A stretch of 64,000 nucleotides of DNA from a bacterium. Lineage in GTDB: Bacteria; Bacillota; Clostridia; Lachnospirales; Lachnospiraceae. Location: positions 13,026 through 77,025 of the forward strand of contig CAVKEB010000007.1 of assembly GCA_963655255.1 (NCBI GenBank), in the 5' to 3' direction. Every line of letters starts with the position of its first letter. Position 1 is the stretch's first letter. This document shows positions 38,050-48,368 of the stretch, piece by piece. Both the position numbers and the translations under genes were made by a program. The notes below the pieces were generated by a model. That model worked only from the letters and a program-made list of their open reading frames with translations, was not told the DNA's origin and ran no database searches.

Positions 38050-39864
38050 TCAGTGATTTTCCTCGTAAAGACTTACGACATCCTCTCTTGCCTGCACACG
38101 GGCCTGCGCCTGCTCCTTGTCATGCGCGAACAGGGTCTCGAAATTCAGTCCTTCTTCTGCCGTCTGCAGTTCCTCATAGAGGCTGTTGAACGCGTCCTCG
38201 CTGTCCGCGAACGCAATCTTCCAGGAGTACTCGGTCAGCGTATCGCCGCACTGGGAGCGGAGATTGGTGATCTGGGAATCCTCCTCCGGTGCCACGAAGG
38301 AGTCGCCCGGTGCCACTTCCAGCATATCATGATCCTTCAGATAGCCGATTGCGGAATCTGCATTCATCTGTGCGTCCCAGTCCTCATCCAGTGCCGTCTT
38401 GTTGTCATTGATGGTGGACTTCCACAGACTGAACATATAAGGCTGATTCGTATCCGGATTAAGGTCTACCGTATTGACGAAAGTGATGTTCAGCGCGGAT
38501 ACGCCGTCCGCCCAGGAGCCGCCGCCCCATTCCTCCGGAACACTCACTTCATCGCCGTTCAGGGCTTTTTTGCCGAAATCCGTCAGAGCCGGCTCACCGT
38601 CGCTTCCCTTTTCCCAGGTCAGGCCTTCCGGTCCGCAGGATCCGGACGTTCCGTTCGCCTGGCTCGCCATAATGCCCTCCGGAGAATACAGCCAGCCGAT
38701 GAAGTCCGCGATTCTCTGCGGATCTTCCGCCTTGCTGCCGATCATAACGGCAATTTCATCATTTCCGAGAATGCGGCAGCCGTTGACGCCGATCTTCATA
38801 TCGCCGACCGGTGCCAGCTTGAAGCCCTTCCCTTCCGCGGTATTCTCCGTCGTATTGAACGCTCCCTGACCCATCCAGGACCAGAAGGAGAACAGGACCT
38901 TTCCGGACTGCATCTTCTGATACATGGTGTCATAGGCCTGCGTCGTGGAATCGGGATCCACCAGTCCTCTCTGATTGGCCTCATAGAGGAACCGGAGGGC
39001 CGTTTTATATTCGGAATTCTCGTCCACGGGACTCTGAATCTCCGAGCCGTCATTGGCAAGAAGCGTGATGCCCTGCTCGTCAAATCCGTACATGCATGTC
39101 AGGTTCCTGGCCAGTGTCATCATGTTGCGGTCCCAGTCCTTGAACAGTGACAGCGCATAAATGTCATTGCTGCCGGCATCTTCTCTTGCCTGCGCCTGCA
39201 TTTTCTCCAGTACATCCAGAAGATCGTCCAGATTCTTCATTTCCGGATAGCCGACTTCTTTATAAACATCCCACCGAAGGTACGGACCGTAGTTCGGCTC
39301 CAGACCGGTGGATGCCTCCGTCGGAGAATTGGTGGAAACCTCCGTCGGAATCGCGTAAATTCCTTCCTCGGAACCTGCGACCGTCTTCATGTTGTCAATG
39401 GCATCCTGATAGGCGCTGACATATTCCGCATCCGCAAGATAATCCGTCATATCCACCACGAGTCCCGCCTTGACGAGCTGTGAGAGCTTGCCGTTGGATG
39501 TATTGCAGATAATCAGATCACCCAGATCTCCCGCCGCCGATCTTGTCTGGAACAGGGTATCTCCGCCGCCCGCGACATTCGGTGCGATGATATTCAGCTC
39601 CATATTGAAACGGTCCTTCACGATTTTGGCAAACCAGCCGGTCTGGATCCCCTGATAGTTTGCTTCCGAATCATACACATCAATCGTGATCTCTTTGTCA
39701 TAGGTGCCCGCTGCCGCGGAAGCGGTATCCGCTCCGCCTTCACTCTGCGTGCTGTCCTCTGCGCTCTGCGTCCCGGAAGACGATGCGCTCTGTGTGCCGC
39801 AGCCCGCCAGAAGTCCCAGCGACATCGCTGCTGCCAATACCAGTGCCAGTGTTCTTTTTTTCAT
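38050..39864 (-). CDS. Carbohydrate ABC transporter substrate-binding lipoprotein (LplA-like, large)
   Basis: MKKRT...LAGC lipobox; GGAGG SD; follows two permeases. Confidence 0.9.
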   Translation of the reverse strand: MKKRTLALVLAAAMSLGLLAGCGTQSASSSGTQSAEDSTQSEGGADTASAAAGTYDKEITIDVYDSEANYQGIQTGWFAKIVKDRFNMELNIIAPNVAGGGDTLFQTRSAAGDLGDLIICNTSNGKLSQLVKAGLVVDMTDYLADAEYVSAYQDAIDNMKTVAGSEEGIYAIPTEVSTNSPTEASTGLEPNYGPYLRWDVYKEVGYPEMKNLDDLLDVLEKMQAQAREDAGSNDIYALSLFKDWDRNMMTLARNLTCMYGFDEQGITLLANDGSEIQSPVDENSEYKTALRFLYEANQRGLVDPDSTTQAYDTMYQKMQSGKVLFSFWSWMGQGAFNTTENTAEGKGFKLAPVGDMKIGVNGCRILGNDEIAVMIGSKAEDPQRIADFIGWLYSPEGIMASQANGTSGSCGPEGLTWEKGSDGEPALTDFGKKALNGDEVSVPEEWGGGSWADGVSALNITFVNTVDLNPDTNQPYMFSLWKSTINDNKTALDEDWDAQMNADSAIGYLKDHDMLEVAPGDSFVAPEEDSQITNLRSQCGDTLTEYSWKIAFADSEDAFNSLYEELQTAEEGLNFETLFAHDKEQAQARVQAREDVVSLYEENH

Positions 39865-39933
39865 ATTCCCTCCTTGCATGTTTCATTGTATGTCAATCCG
39901 CCTGTGAATGCAGAACGGAATTGATCCGGTGCT

Positions 39934-40905
39934 TTACCCCTTGACGGAACCGATCATGATTCCCTTGACGAAATACTTCTGGAAAAACGGATAGACGAAC
40001 AGAATCGGCAGAACGACTACCACGGCTACCGTAACGCGCACCGAGGTTCCGGTCAGCTGGGTCGCCGCATTGGCAAGCCCGGCTGTATTGCCGTTTTTGG
40101 CCATGGATGCGATGGAGTTCGCCTGATTGATGTAGGTGTACAGAAGGTACTGCAGGGAGTACAGCTTCTGATCGGTGATATACAAGAGCGTGTCCTGGAA
40201 TGAATTCCACTGTCCGACCGCAGAGAAGATTGCAACCGTCGACAGGATCGGCTTGCAGATCGGCAGCATGATTTTCCAGAACACCTGGTACACACTCGCT
40301 CCGTCCATCTCCGCCGCTTCCTGCAGAGATTTCGGAATGGATTCCACATAGGTCTTCACCAGAATGATATTGAAGGGCGCTACGATGGAAGGAAGAATGT
40401 ATACGAGGAAGCTGTTCGTCAGATGCAGCAGCTGCATCGTAATGTAGGTCGGAATGACTCCGGCGTTGAAATACATCGTGACGACGACAAAACGGTACCA
40501 GAGTTTTCTCTTCCACAGATTTTCCTGTGTGAACATAAATCCAAGATACGCGGAAGTCAGTACCGTCAGCGTCGTTCCGATCACGGTTCTGGCCACGGAA
40601 ATCAGCATCGAGGTGCTCAGTCCGCTCAGTCCGAGGACCTGCCTGTAGTTGTCAAAATGGATCTTTTCCGGCAGCCACAGGACCTTTCCGGAAGCTGCAA
40701 GATCATTGGCGCTGACCGAATTGATGATCAGATAGTAAAACGGATAAAAGCACAGGATTGTCAGAAGCCCGAACAATACATAGATCAGAACCAGAAACCA
40801 CAGATCCTCCGGATACTTTTTCCGGGCTTTTCCGGAAACGGCCTGCATGTTTTTCATGATTGCCTCCTGCCGCCTGCTTTGCGGCTCTTCGAAGTTGTTG
40901 GACAT
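39934..40905 (-). CDS. Carbohydrate ABC permease (LplC/YtcP-like)
   Basis: SLQEAAEMDGA; YPFFQKYFVKGIMIGSVKG C-terminus. Confidence 0.92.
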   Translation of the reverse strand: MSNNFEEPQSRRQEAIMKNMQAVSGKARKKYPEDLWFLVLIYVLFGLLTILCFYPFYYLIINSVSANDLAASGKVLWLPEKIHFDNYRQVLGLSGLSTSMLISVARTVIGTTLTVLTSAYLGFMFTQENLWKRKLWYRFVVVTMYFNAGVIPTYITMQLLHLTNSFLVYILPSIVAPFNIILVKTYVESIPKSLQEAAEMDGASVYQVFWKIMLPICKPILSTVAIFSAVGQWNSFQDTLLYITDQKLYSLQYLLYTYINQANSIASMAKNGNTAGLANAATQLTGTSVRVTVAVVVVLPILFVYPFFQKYFVKGIMIGSVKG

Positions 40906-40967
40906 TTTCTCCCGGGTTGCGTCAGGGTCCGCTCTCGCGGCAGCCTTTGCGGCACTCGTTCCGCCAT

Positions 40968-41909
40968 TCAGATCAGAGAGACCCCGCGGATTTTCTTCGA
41001 CGCGAAATTCACAATCGTCAGGAGCGTCACCGATACGATGCTCTTGAGCATGCTGATGACCGTTGCGAGGGAGATGCTCCCTCCCGTCATGCCGACGTTG
41101 TACACATAAAGATCCAGGACCTGAATTTTGTTTTTATTGAACGCATTCTGGAAAACGTAGTACTGGTCCATGCCGTTGTTCAGGAAATTGGCCACCGCCA
41201 GCATCAGGAGAACGAAGAAGGTCGGCAGGAGCTGCGGAAGCGTAATATGCCTCATCAGTGCAAAGCGCCCTGCGCCGTCCACCTTGGCCGCGTCATACAG
41301 TTCCTGATCGATTCCCGCAAGCGAGGCGAGATACATAATGGCGTTCCATCCGAGGGTCTTCCAGATCTGCCAGAGGATCATAGCGAGATACACATGCGCA
41401 TCGCTGTCCAGAAACCGCAGCGGCTGTTCGAGAATTCCCGCTTCCTGGAGGAGATTGTTGACGACGCCGTCACTCGCGAAAAACGAAAAGGCAATCGCAT
41501 AGACCAGAACCCAGCTGATAAAATTGGGCAGTGTGGTCAGCGTCTGAACAATCTTCCGATACCACGGCGTCTCGATTTCATTCAGCAGAATTGCGAAGAA
41601 CAGCGGCAGGATCGAGGATGCAATACCCAGAAGGCTCATCGCGAACGTGTTCTGCATCACCTGAGCCAGCTGCTTCACCTGGGTCGGCGACTGTACCAGC
41701 GTCCGGAACCACTGAAGTCCCACGAATTCGCACTGGGAGAGCTTCAGCGGCGGCTTGTAGTCAAAAAACGCGTAAACCCACCCGTACAGCTGAAAATAGC
41801 TGAACAGCGCACACAAAATCAGGAATGGAAGAATTCCGAGAAACAGCTTCTTTCCTTCCGCCGCCTTTGCATTTCTGATTTTTTCGGTCTTCCTCTGACT
41901 GACTGTCAT
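40968..41909 (-). CDS. Carbohydrate ABC permease (LplB/YteP-like)
   Basis: LPNFISWV; ELYDAAKVDGAGR. Confidence 0.92.
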   Translation of the reverse strand: MTVSQRKTEKIRNAKAAEGKKLFLGILPFLILCALFSYFQLYGWVYAFFDYKPPLKLSQCEFVGLQWFRTLVQSPTQVKQLAQVMQNTFAMSLLGIASSILPLFFAILLNEIETPWYRKIVQTLTTLPNFISWVLVYAIAFSFFASDGVVNNLLQEAGILEQPLRFLDSDAHVYLAMILWQIWKTLGWNAIMYLASLAGIDQELYDAAKVDGAGRFALMRHITLPQLLPTFFVLLMLAVANFLNNGMDQYYVFQNAFNKNKIQVLDLYVYNVGMTGGSISLATVISMLKSIVSVTLLTIVNFASKKIRGVSLI

Positions 41910-42232
41910 AGACAATCCCCCTCTCTCTGACGCATCCTGTCCTCTCCGGCATCTGCCATTCTCGGACATCTGCGCTTCCTTTTCCCTTGCTGCTTCTCCA
42001 GAATACACACAATGCTTTTTTTCAAAAATCGGACGGATCCGCCAGGTTTTCTGTAAAAATTCACTCTTTTTGATTTTTTCTGTCGGCGATGGCGGATTTT
42101 TACAGGAATGATGTCCGTTTTTTTCATGGTTTGAGCCGCAGACACCCTGTACGCTTACAGAGAACTTCAGAGAATTACCGCCGGCAGCACGCCGGGAACG
42201 GGCAGGAAGAAGAGATCATCAGGAGGTGCACG

Positions 42233-43339
42233 ATGTTATATGAGAAGTTTCACAACGGCATTAATTTCGGAGGATGGCTTTCGCAATATGAATGGATTGC
42301 CCGTCAGCCGCTCTCACCGGAACATTTGAAGGAACACTTCGATACTTTTATTACCGAAGCGGATGTACAGCAGGTCTGTGACTGGGGCTTTGACCATATT
42401 CGCCTTCCCGTCAGCGGATATCTTCTGTACGATCCGGAGCAGGACCGCCTGAACCCGGACACCGTGTCCCGCATCCGCCGGTTTCTCTCCTGGTGCAGTG
42501 TGCGGAAGCTCTCTGTGATTCTGGATCTTCATGATGTATGGGGAAATGAATACGGGGCCATGGACTATGTGATGCCTCTTCTGAAGGATCCGTCCCTGCA
42601 GGATCGTTTCTGCAGAATCTGGCAGCTGATTGCAGCGCAGTTTCAGGATGTGACAGAGCCGCTTCTGATGTATGAGCTTCTGAATGAGGTTTCCGACGGA
42701 AGCGGTGCCTATCCTTCTTCGGATGTGACAGGGGAACATTTCGACCTCTCCGGCAGGGATGGATTTCTCTGGAACCGTCTCTGGACCAGAGCGCTCTCCG
42801 TCATCCGGCGTATCGATCCGGACCGTTTTATTCTGATCGGCGGGAGCGGACAGAACAGCGTTGTCTATCTGAAGGAGCTCTCTCTGGTTTCAGACCCGCA
42901 TGTTTTCGCCGGCTTCCACTATTACGATCCGCAGGTCTTCACACACCAGCGGGCCGGTTTTTCGGAAGAGATGAGTGAATTCAACCATGTGGTTCACTAT
43001 CCGGATGATATTTCCGACTTTGTCACCTATCTGAAAGAACATCCCCAGTGGCAGACCAAGTACGCACTGGTCGGCAGGGAAACCCGGAACGACCATGCTC
43101 TCATGGAAAAGCTGCTCTCCCATGCCTTCCGGTTTCAGGAGGAGACTGGAAAAGAGGTGTACTGCGGCGAGTTCGGCGTCATCGGCATTGCTCCCGGAAA
43201 GGCTGCGAGATCCTGGCTGACCGACCTCACAAATCTTATGGATGCACACGGCATCGGACATGCTCTCTGGAATTACAAATATCTGGACTTCGGCCTTCTC
43301 GATCTGGATGGGAAGCCCATGAGCAGTCTTTTGTCCTGA
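42233..43339 (+). CDS. GH5 family glycoside hydrolase (intracellular cellodextrinase/endoglucanase-like)
   Basis: GINFGGWLSQ, GFDHIRLP, YELLNE, FHYYDP, CGEFG; AGGAGG SD before ATG 42233. Confidence 0.92.
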   Translation: MLYEKFHNGINFGGWLSQYEWIARQPLSPEHLKEHFDTFITEADVQQVCDWGFDHIRLPVSGYLLYDPEQDRLNPDTVSRIRRFLSWCSVRKLSVILDLHDVWGNEYGAMDYVMPLLKDPSLQDRFCRIWQLIAAQFQDVTEPLLMYELLNEVSDGSGAYPSSDVTGEHFDLSGRDGFLWNRLWTRALSVIRRIDPDRFILIGGSGQNSVVYLKELSLVSDPHVFAGFHYYDPQVFTHQRAGFSEEMSEFNHVVHYPDDISDFVTYLKEHPQWQTKYALVGRETRNDHALMEKLLSHAFRFQEETGKEVYCGEFGVIGIAPGKAARSWLTDLTNLMDAHGIGHALWNYKYLDFGLLDLDGKPMSSLLS

Positions 43340-43344
43340 CCGTT

Positions 43345-43392
43345 TAAGAACCCGCTAAGAACCGTCCGGCCTCCGTTAACGATCCGCCAAGA
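43345..43392 (+). promoter_or_regulatory. Four direct-repeat half-sites (TAAGA-like), candidate OmpR-family binding array
   Basis: TAAGA 43345, TAAGA 43356, TAACG 43377, CAAGA 43388 (spacing 11/21/11); TGcTATGGT extended -10 at 43427-43435. Confidence 0.5.
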
Positions 43393-43556
43393 AGGCGGCG
43401 GCATCCGATACAAATGTTTTTCACCATGCTATGGTAGAGAAAACCCGCCGAAGGGACATCCGGTTCACGAAATCCGTGCTCTGATTTGTGCTCCGCAGGC
43501 TCATTCCGGATGACGCTCCGGCGGGAAAATCCATTCAGCAGGGGGAGGCAAAAGAG

Positions 43557-43652
43557 ATGAGCGGAAACGGTGTTTTTATCATCGACTGCATTGTGACAGG
43601 CGTGATTATCTTCGCGATTTACCTGTACAATAAAAAACACGACGGCAAATAA
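43557..43652 (+). CDS. Small single-TM protein, 31 aa (below the ORF-track cutoff)
   Basis: GGGAGG SD; MSGNGVFIIDCIVTGVIIFAIYLYNKKHDGK* (hydrophobic core plus basic tail). Confidence 0.65.
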   Translation: MSGNGVFIIDCIVTGVIIFAIYLYNKKHDGK

Positions 43653-43775
43653 GCTGCAACAGACTGTCTGTGTGCCGGTCCGGTCGGATACGGCATCAGG
43701 TTTTCTCCATCAGAAAAGAGATTTTCCGGTCCTGCCCTTCAACCGGAAAATCTCTTCTTTTTCCCAAAAATATTC

Positions 43776-45527
43776 TCACATCACCCGTATGCGGTTCTGC
43801 AGCATGGTTCCCACGGCCTCTGCAAACAAATCCAGCTGCCGGATTCTGGTGAAGTCCTGTTCATAAATCCGGTGCACGTTCGGCATTGCATCATCCTCAC
43901 CGGTGAAGACACACAGAACCGTGATGCCTGCCATTCTCGCCCGGTGCACCTCTGCCGCCGTATCCTCCACGCCAAGCGACGCGGCGTAATCCCTGTACTG
44001 GCCTGTCGATGTCCGCACCTTGATGACGTCATTCGGCTTGCAGTCGGACAGAACAATCAGGATGCGGTGCTCCGCGTGATTGTCCTTCATCATGCCGGCC
44101 GCCAGCCGGATCGCCAAACCGTCGCGGTTGGCTCCCGCCGTAAAGTAATCGAAAATCTTCCGGTTACGGCCCGTCTCCTGGTAATCCCGGTACAGATTCA
44201 TGATGGTATAACCGTTCAGTGAACAGAACGAATACATCCGGACCGGAATCCCGCAGTTCGTCAGGCTCTGCGCAATCATGTAGCCCTGCGCCGCCACCGT
44301 CTCCTGACGGTGAATCTGTGAGGTGGACGCATCCAGCAGAAGGTCCACCGTAATATTGCCGGTATCTCCCAGAATCTTTTTCTCAAAGACCTTGCTGTCA
44401 TCCAGATACAAAGCCCGCCAGATGCGGTCCGCGCGAAGATTCCCCGATGCCGACTTCACAATCTGATCGTCCAGATGCGTGAGAATCGAATTGCGGATTC
44501 TTCCGGTCAGCTTCTCCACCTGCACGCGATAGATGCCTTCATGAGCCGCGTAGGCCTTCCGGTTGGCCTCTCCCTGTTTCAGGGCCTCCTGGTGCATTTT
44601 GCCCGCAAACCCTGCGTGCAGCATCTCCTCCGTGTACTCACCCCGCGTGATATGAAGCTTGACATCGGTGTGATTGCCCCAGCAGTACTCCTTCTGGAGC
44701 TTCGCCGTCTCCTTCGCGTCATAGATGGAACGTCCGAAATAGTTGGTGATGTACTCCTTCAGGCCTTCATCCGTCTGCGCCGTATAATTGGCAAACGCAA
44801 CGCTCAGGTGACTCTGATCCAGAACCTCGCTCCCGTATTCCGATACGTGCTCGCCGAAGCCGAACGACATCCGGCGGACCGGCCCCATCTCTGCATAGCC
44901 GTTTTTCCTTCGTCTTCGCAGGGAGAACAGGGAGAACGGGTTCAGGATTTTCTTCTCTCCGCCCGGGAGGTCCGGTCCGTCCGGACGGTAGGTAAAAAAC
45001 CTCTCCAGCGTTTTCGTCAGCTGTGCAATGATCTCATCCGTGGTAAGGTCCGGCCCCAGTTCAATCGCATCCAGGAGCTTGCGGTCCACCGCGTCCGGAA
45101 GGCCGCAGTCTTCCCCGATCGCCCGGCGGAAATGCCCCATCGTGATGGCAAGAAGCCGCTGCCCCGCGGAATCCTCCAATGAGAACTCACCGTGCATGGA
45201 GTCCAGCTTGGTCAGCGCGTACTGCCTGCGCAGATACGGGAAAACCGGGCGCAGATTCTTCTCCTTCTCGTAGACTGCATTCTCCAGCGCCAGCCAGAAC
45301 AGGCTCTCATAGACTTCCTGATTGATTCTCTCATGGAAGGTGTTGTAGAACGCGAGAAGCTTGTTCCAGTCATAGTGCAGATGGATGGCTCCCACGATAC
45401 TGTTCCAGTAGACATCGGCCTTTCCGTCCGCGTCATACACGCGGAACCCCGTCTCAATGGTATAATCGTGCGCGCTGTTCCAGATCAGATTCGCAGCACG
45501 TTTTTTCTCAAATTCTGTGATTTCCAT
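43776..45527 (-). CDS. vWA-domain protein (NorD/CobT-like partner of a MoxR ATPase)
   Basis: LLLDASTSQ MIDAS, NRDGLAIR, IVLSDCKPND; overlaps the ATPase stop. Confidence 0.85.
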   Translation of the reverse strand: MEITEFEKKRAANLIWNSAHDYTIETGFRVYDADGKADVYWNSIVGAIHLHYDWNKLLAFYNTFHERINQEVYESLFWLALENAVYEKEKNLRPVFPYLRRQYALTKLDSMHGEFSLEDSAGQRLLAITMGHFRRAIGEDCGLPDAVDRKLLDAIELGPDLTTDEIIAQLTKTLERFFTYRPDGPDLPGGEKKILNPFSLFSLRRRRKNGYAEMGPVRRMSFGFGEHVSEYGSEVLDQSHLSVAFANYTAQTDEGLKEYITNYFGRSIYDAKETAKLQKEYCWGNHTDVKLHITRGEYTEEMLHAGFAGKMHQEALKQGEANRKAYAAHEGIYRVQVEKLTGRIRNSILTHLDDQIVKSASGNLRADRIWRALYLDDSKVFEKKILGDTGNITVDLLLDASTSQIHRQETVAAQGYMIAQSLTNCGIPVRMYSFCSLNGYTIMNLYRDYQETGRNRKIFDYFTAGANRDGLAIRLAAGMMKDNHAEHRILIVLSDCKPNDVIKVRTSTGQYRDYAASLGVEDTAAEVHRARMAGITVLCVFTGEDDAMPNVHRIYEQDFTRIRQLDLFAEAVGTMLQNRIRVM

Positions 45528-46444
45528 TATGCAAAAATACTCTCTTTGCCGAGATCTCCCGGGAAGCGGACCGCAATCATATCGCTGACCAGCTGTCTTT
45601 CGTAATCGTCAAAGCACTTGTTGACGATGCCGAGCTGCAGGGCCTGTACCGCAGGAAGGCCGCGGTGCATCATCCGAATTGCCGCCAGAAGGCCGCGCAG
45701 ATCCAGCGCCTTTGTGGAAATCTCACCGCCCTCGCACTTGCGGCGGATGTCGCCAAAGAGCTTCGCGAACTGATCCTTATAATCCTCCCGGATGTCCGGG
45801 TACTTCTCCTGAATCAGCTTCTTCAGATTCTCCTCTGTAATGACCGGCATCTGAATGATCATGAAACGGGACGCCAGTGCCTCATTGATCTCCCGGGTTC
45901 CGGCGTAGCCGTAGTTCATCGTCCCGATGAAGCGCGTCGCGTCATTCAGCACGATCCTGTCATATCCGGGAACATCAATGATCCGGCGGAAGTCCAGCGT
46001 CGCATGAAGAACGGCAAGCGATTCATTCTTCGCCATGTTGATCTCATCCAGAATGCCGAAGCCGCCTTCCTCCGCACACTGCAGAATCGGCCCCTTCCGA
46101 AGCGTCACCTTTCCGTTTTCAAACGTATCGGTTCCAATGAGCGATGCCGCATCCGTGTTGATGTAGAAGGACACATCCCACTCGGGTCTTCGCAGCGCCG
46201 CCGAGAGTCCCTCCGCCAGCACATTCTTGCCGGTCGCCTTGGGTCCCACGAGGAGCAGGTTCTCGCCTGCAAGGAGCGTGGAAAGTGCCTGTTCCCAGAT
46301 CTCTTTCCCGTAATACGAATACTGCGGTGTAGGGATCCGTCTCTCCATTCCGTCATGTAACTGATAAAAGCTCCGAAAATGCTCCACCTCAGAGAGAATG
46401 CTCTCCGAGATTCCTTCCTGCCGTAAAAAATCCAGTATTTCCAT
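45527..46444 (-). CDS. MoxR/NorQ-type AAA+ ATPase
   Basis: GPKATGKN Walker A, ILDEINMA Walker B, NEALASRF. Start at ATG 46444; the extension to 46609 is repeat sequence. Confidence 0.9.
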   Translation of the reverse strand: MEILDFLRQEGISESILSEVEHFRSFYQLHDGMERRIPTPQYSYYGKEIWEQALSTLLAGENLLLVGPKATGKNVLAEGLSAALRRPEWDVSFYINTDAASLIGTDTFENGKVTLRKGPILQCAEEGGFGILDEINMAKNESLAVLHATLDFRRIIDVPGYDRIVLNDATRFIGTMNYGYAGTREINEALASRFMIIQMPVITEENLKKLIQEKYPDIREDYKDQFAKLFGDIRRKCEGGEISTKALDLRGLLAAIRMMHRGLPAVQALQLGIVNKCFDDYERQLVSDMIAVRFPGDLGKESIFA

Positions 46445-46446
46445 TG

Positions 46447-46598
46447 TTATACCTCGCTGAGGCAAAATCCGCTCTATCAGAGAGAATTTCGCGAAGGCGA
46501 ATTCTCTCTGTATACAGAGTGCCGCTAAGCGGCACTCTAAGCAGGAGAAGATGTCATCAGACATCTTCGAGTGCAGCGATTTTGCCGAATGCGGCAGC
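46447..46598 (-). repeat. Modular palindromic repeat family, copy g (long multibranch form)
   Basis: Near-identical reverse complement of copy c, with the three nested hairpins. Confidence 0.95.
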
Positions 46599-46711
46599 TC
46601 TGCCGCCAATTCCTGTAGATAACGAAAGAACCGCTGAACGTACCCAGTCCAGCGGTTCCTCTTTCCAGTGTTTGCAGATCTTCCGGATTGTGCCCGTCAG
46701 ATACGTTATGT

Positions 46712-48277
46712 TCAGGCAGCAGCCTTTGCCTTGTTCTTGCCGTTGATAATGCAGACAATAATATAAACAACGGTAAAGATCGCGCCGACCGTATATGCAA
46801 TCGGCCAATCCTGTCTGAGACCGATCTGTGCATTCACGATGAAGGTGCAGGTTGCGAATGCATAGAATGCAGCCGGAATCAGCGGAATCCATACAAACTT
46901 TGCCTTGCCGTTCTTGAACATCCATGCAGTGATGCATGCCAGAGCGAACAGCGAGATCATCTGGTTGGACCATGCGAAGTATCTCCACAGAGTGTTGAAG
47001 CCCTGAGAATCGAACTTAGCCCAGATCAGGATGATATAAACCAGTGCGAAGACCGGAATTGCCAGGCCGATGCGCTGCTTGTTGTTCTCCTGCTTGATGT
47101 GCAGGGAATCCGACAGAGTCAGACGAAGAGCACGCAGTGCAGTATCGCCGGAGGTGATCGGAAGGATGATAACGCCAATCAGTGCGATAACGCCGCCGAC
47201 CGGTCCCAGAGCGTTCTTGCAGATGACGCCGACAACGGAGGTAGCACCGATCTGCATCATCGCTCCGTCCTTCAGGACATTGAAAGTCCATGCGTTATCA
47301 GTGAATGCCATCGTAACACCGCCGTTGGAAGCGCCGAGGTTGATCATAGCCATGGTTCCTGCTGCCCAGCACATCGCGATGAAGCCCTCTACAACCATCA
47401 TGTTGTAGTAGGTCATGCGGCCTGCCTTCTCGGACTCAATGGTACGGGAAACCAGAGCAGTCTGGGTGCTGTGGAATCCGGAAAGGATACCGCAGGCAAC
47501 CGTCAGGAAGAAGATCGGGATGAAGTGTCCGCCGGAGAAAGCGCTCGGTCCGAAGTATGCTCCGAAATCAAAGCCGCCGTCTGCCGCGAAGACACCGGTG
47601 GTGTTCCAGTTATCCCATACATTGATCAGCGGATATCCCTTTGCAAAGATGGCGATGAAGATGCCGATTGCGGAGAATACCAGGATCAGACCGAAGATCG
47701 GGTATACGCGGCCGATGATCTTATCGATCGGGAATACCGTGGCGATCAGGTAGTATACGAAGATAACGGAGTAAATCACCCAGGTAGAAACTTCCTGCGG
47801 AGTGCCGCCGAAGCCGAATACCTGCGTCGCTGCGATGTCGCCGGGCGTGTAGATGAATACCGCGCCGACCAGGAGCAGCAGGATGCAGATGAAGATGTCA
47901 TACAGAATGTAAACAGCCTTGTTCGTGTAGTTCTTGACGAACTCGGGCATCTGAGCGCCGCCGTCACGGGTGCAGATCATTCCGCTGAAATAATCGTGCA
48001 TAGATCCGCCGATGACGTTTCCGATCGGGATTGCAAGGAATGCAATGGGTCCGAACAGAATACCCTGGACAGGTCCAAGGATGGGGCCGGTTCCTGCGAT
48101 GTTCAGCAGGTTGATCAGGCTGTTCTTCCATGTCTTCATAGGAACGTAGTCAACGCCGTCCTGCTTTGCATATGCAGGCGTCTCGCGATCGTCCGGTCCG
48201 AAGACGTTCTCGCAGAACTTACCGTACAGGAGTCCCCCGCCGATAAGGATTACGAGGCCAATTAAAAATGTTGCCAT
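46712..48277 (-). CDS. cstA: Carbon starvation protein A family transporter
   Basis: TPAYAKQDGVDYVP, NIAGTGPILGP, CGILSGFHSTQ, ITSGDTALR; AGGAGG SD. Confidence 0.92.
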   Translation of the reverse strand: MATFLIGLVILIGGGLLYGKFCENVFGPDDRETPAYAKQDGVDYVPMKTWKNSLINLLNIAGTGPILGPVQGILFGPIAFLAIPIGNVIGGSMHDYFSGMICTRDGGAQMPEFVKNYTNKAVYILYDIFICILLLLVGAVFIYTPGDIAATQVFGFGGTPQEVSTWVIYSVIFVYYLIATVFPIDKIIGRVYPIFGLILVFSAIGIFIAIFAKGYPLINVWDNWNTTGVFAADGGFDFGAYFGPSAFSGGHFIPIFFLTVACGILSGFHSTQTALVSRTIESEKAGRMTYYNMMVVEGFIAMCWAAGTMAMINLGASNGGVTMAFTDNAWTFNVLKDGAMMQIGATSVVGVICKNALGPVGGVIALIGVIILPITSGDTALRALRLTLSDSLHIKQENNKQRIGLAIPVFALVYIILIWAKFDSQGFNTLWRYFAWSNQMISLFALACITAWMFKNGKAKFVWIPLIPAAFYAFATCTFIVNAQIGLRQDWPIAYTVGAIFTVVYIIVCIINGKNKAKAAA

Positions 48278-48368
48278 ATCTCCTCCTTCCTGGTCACACA
48301 ATGATTGTGGGTACATGCGACCAGCTCATAACATATATTCTTACTAAACAGAATCATAAATATTGGCC

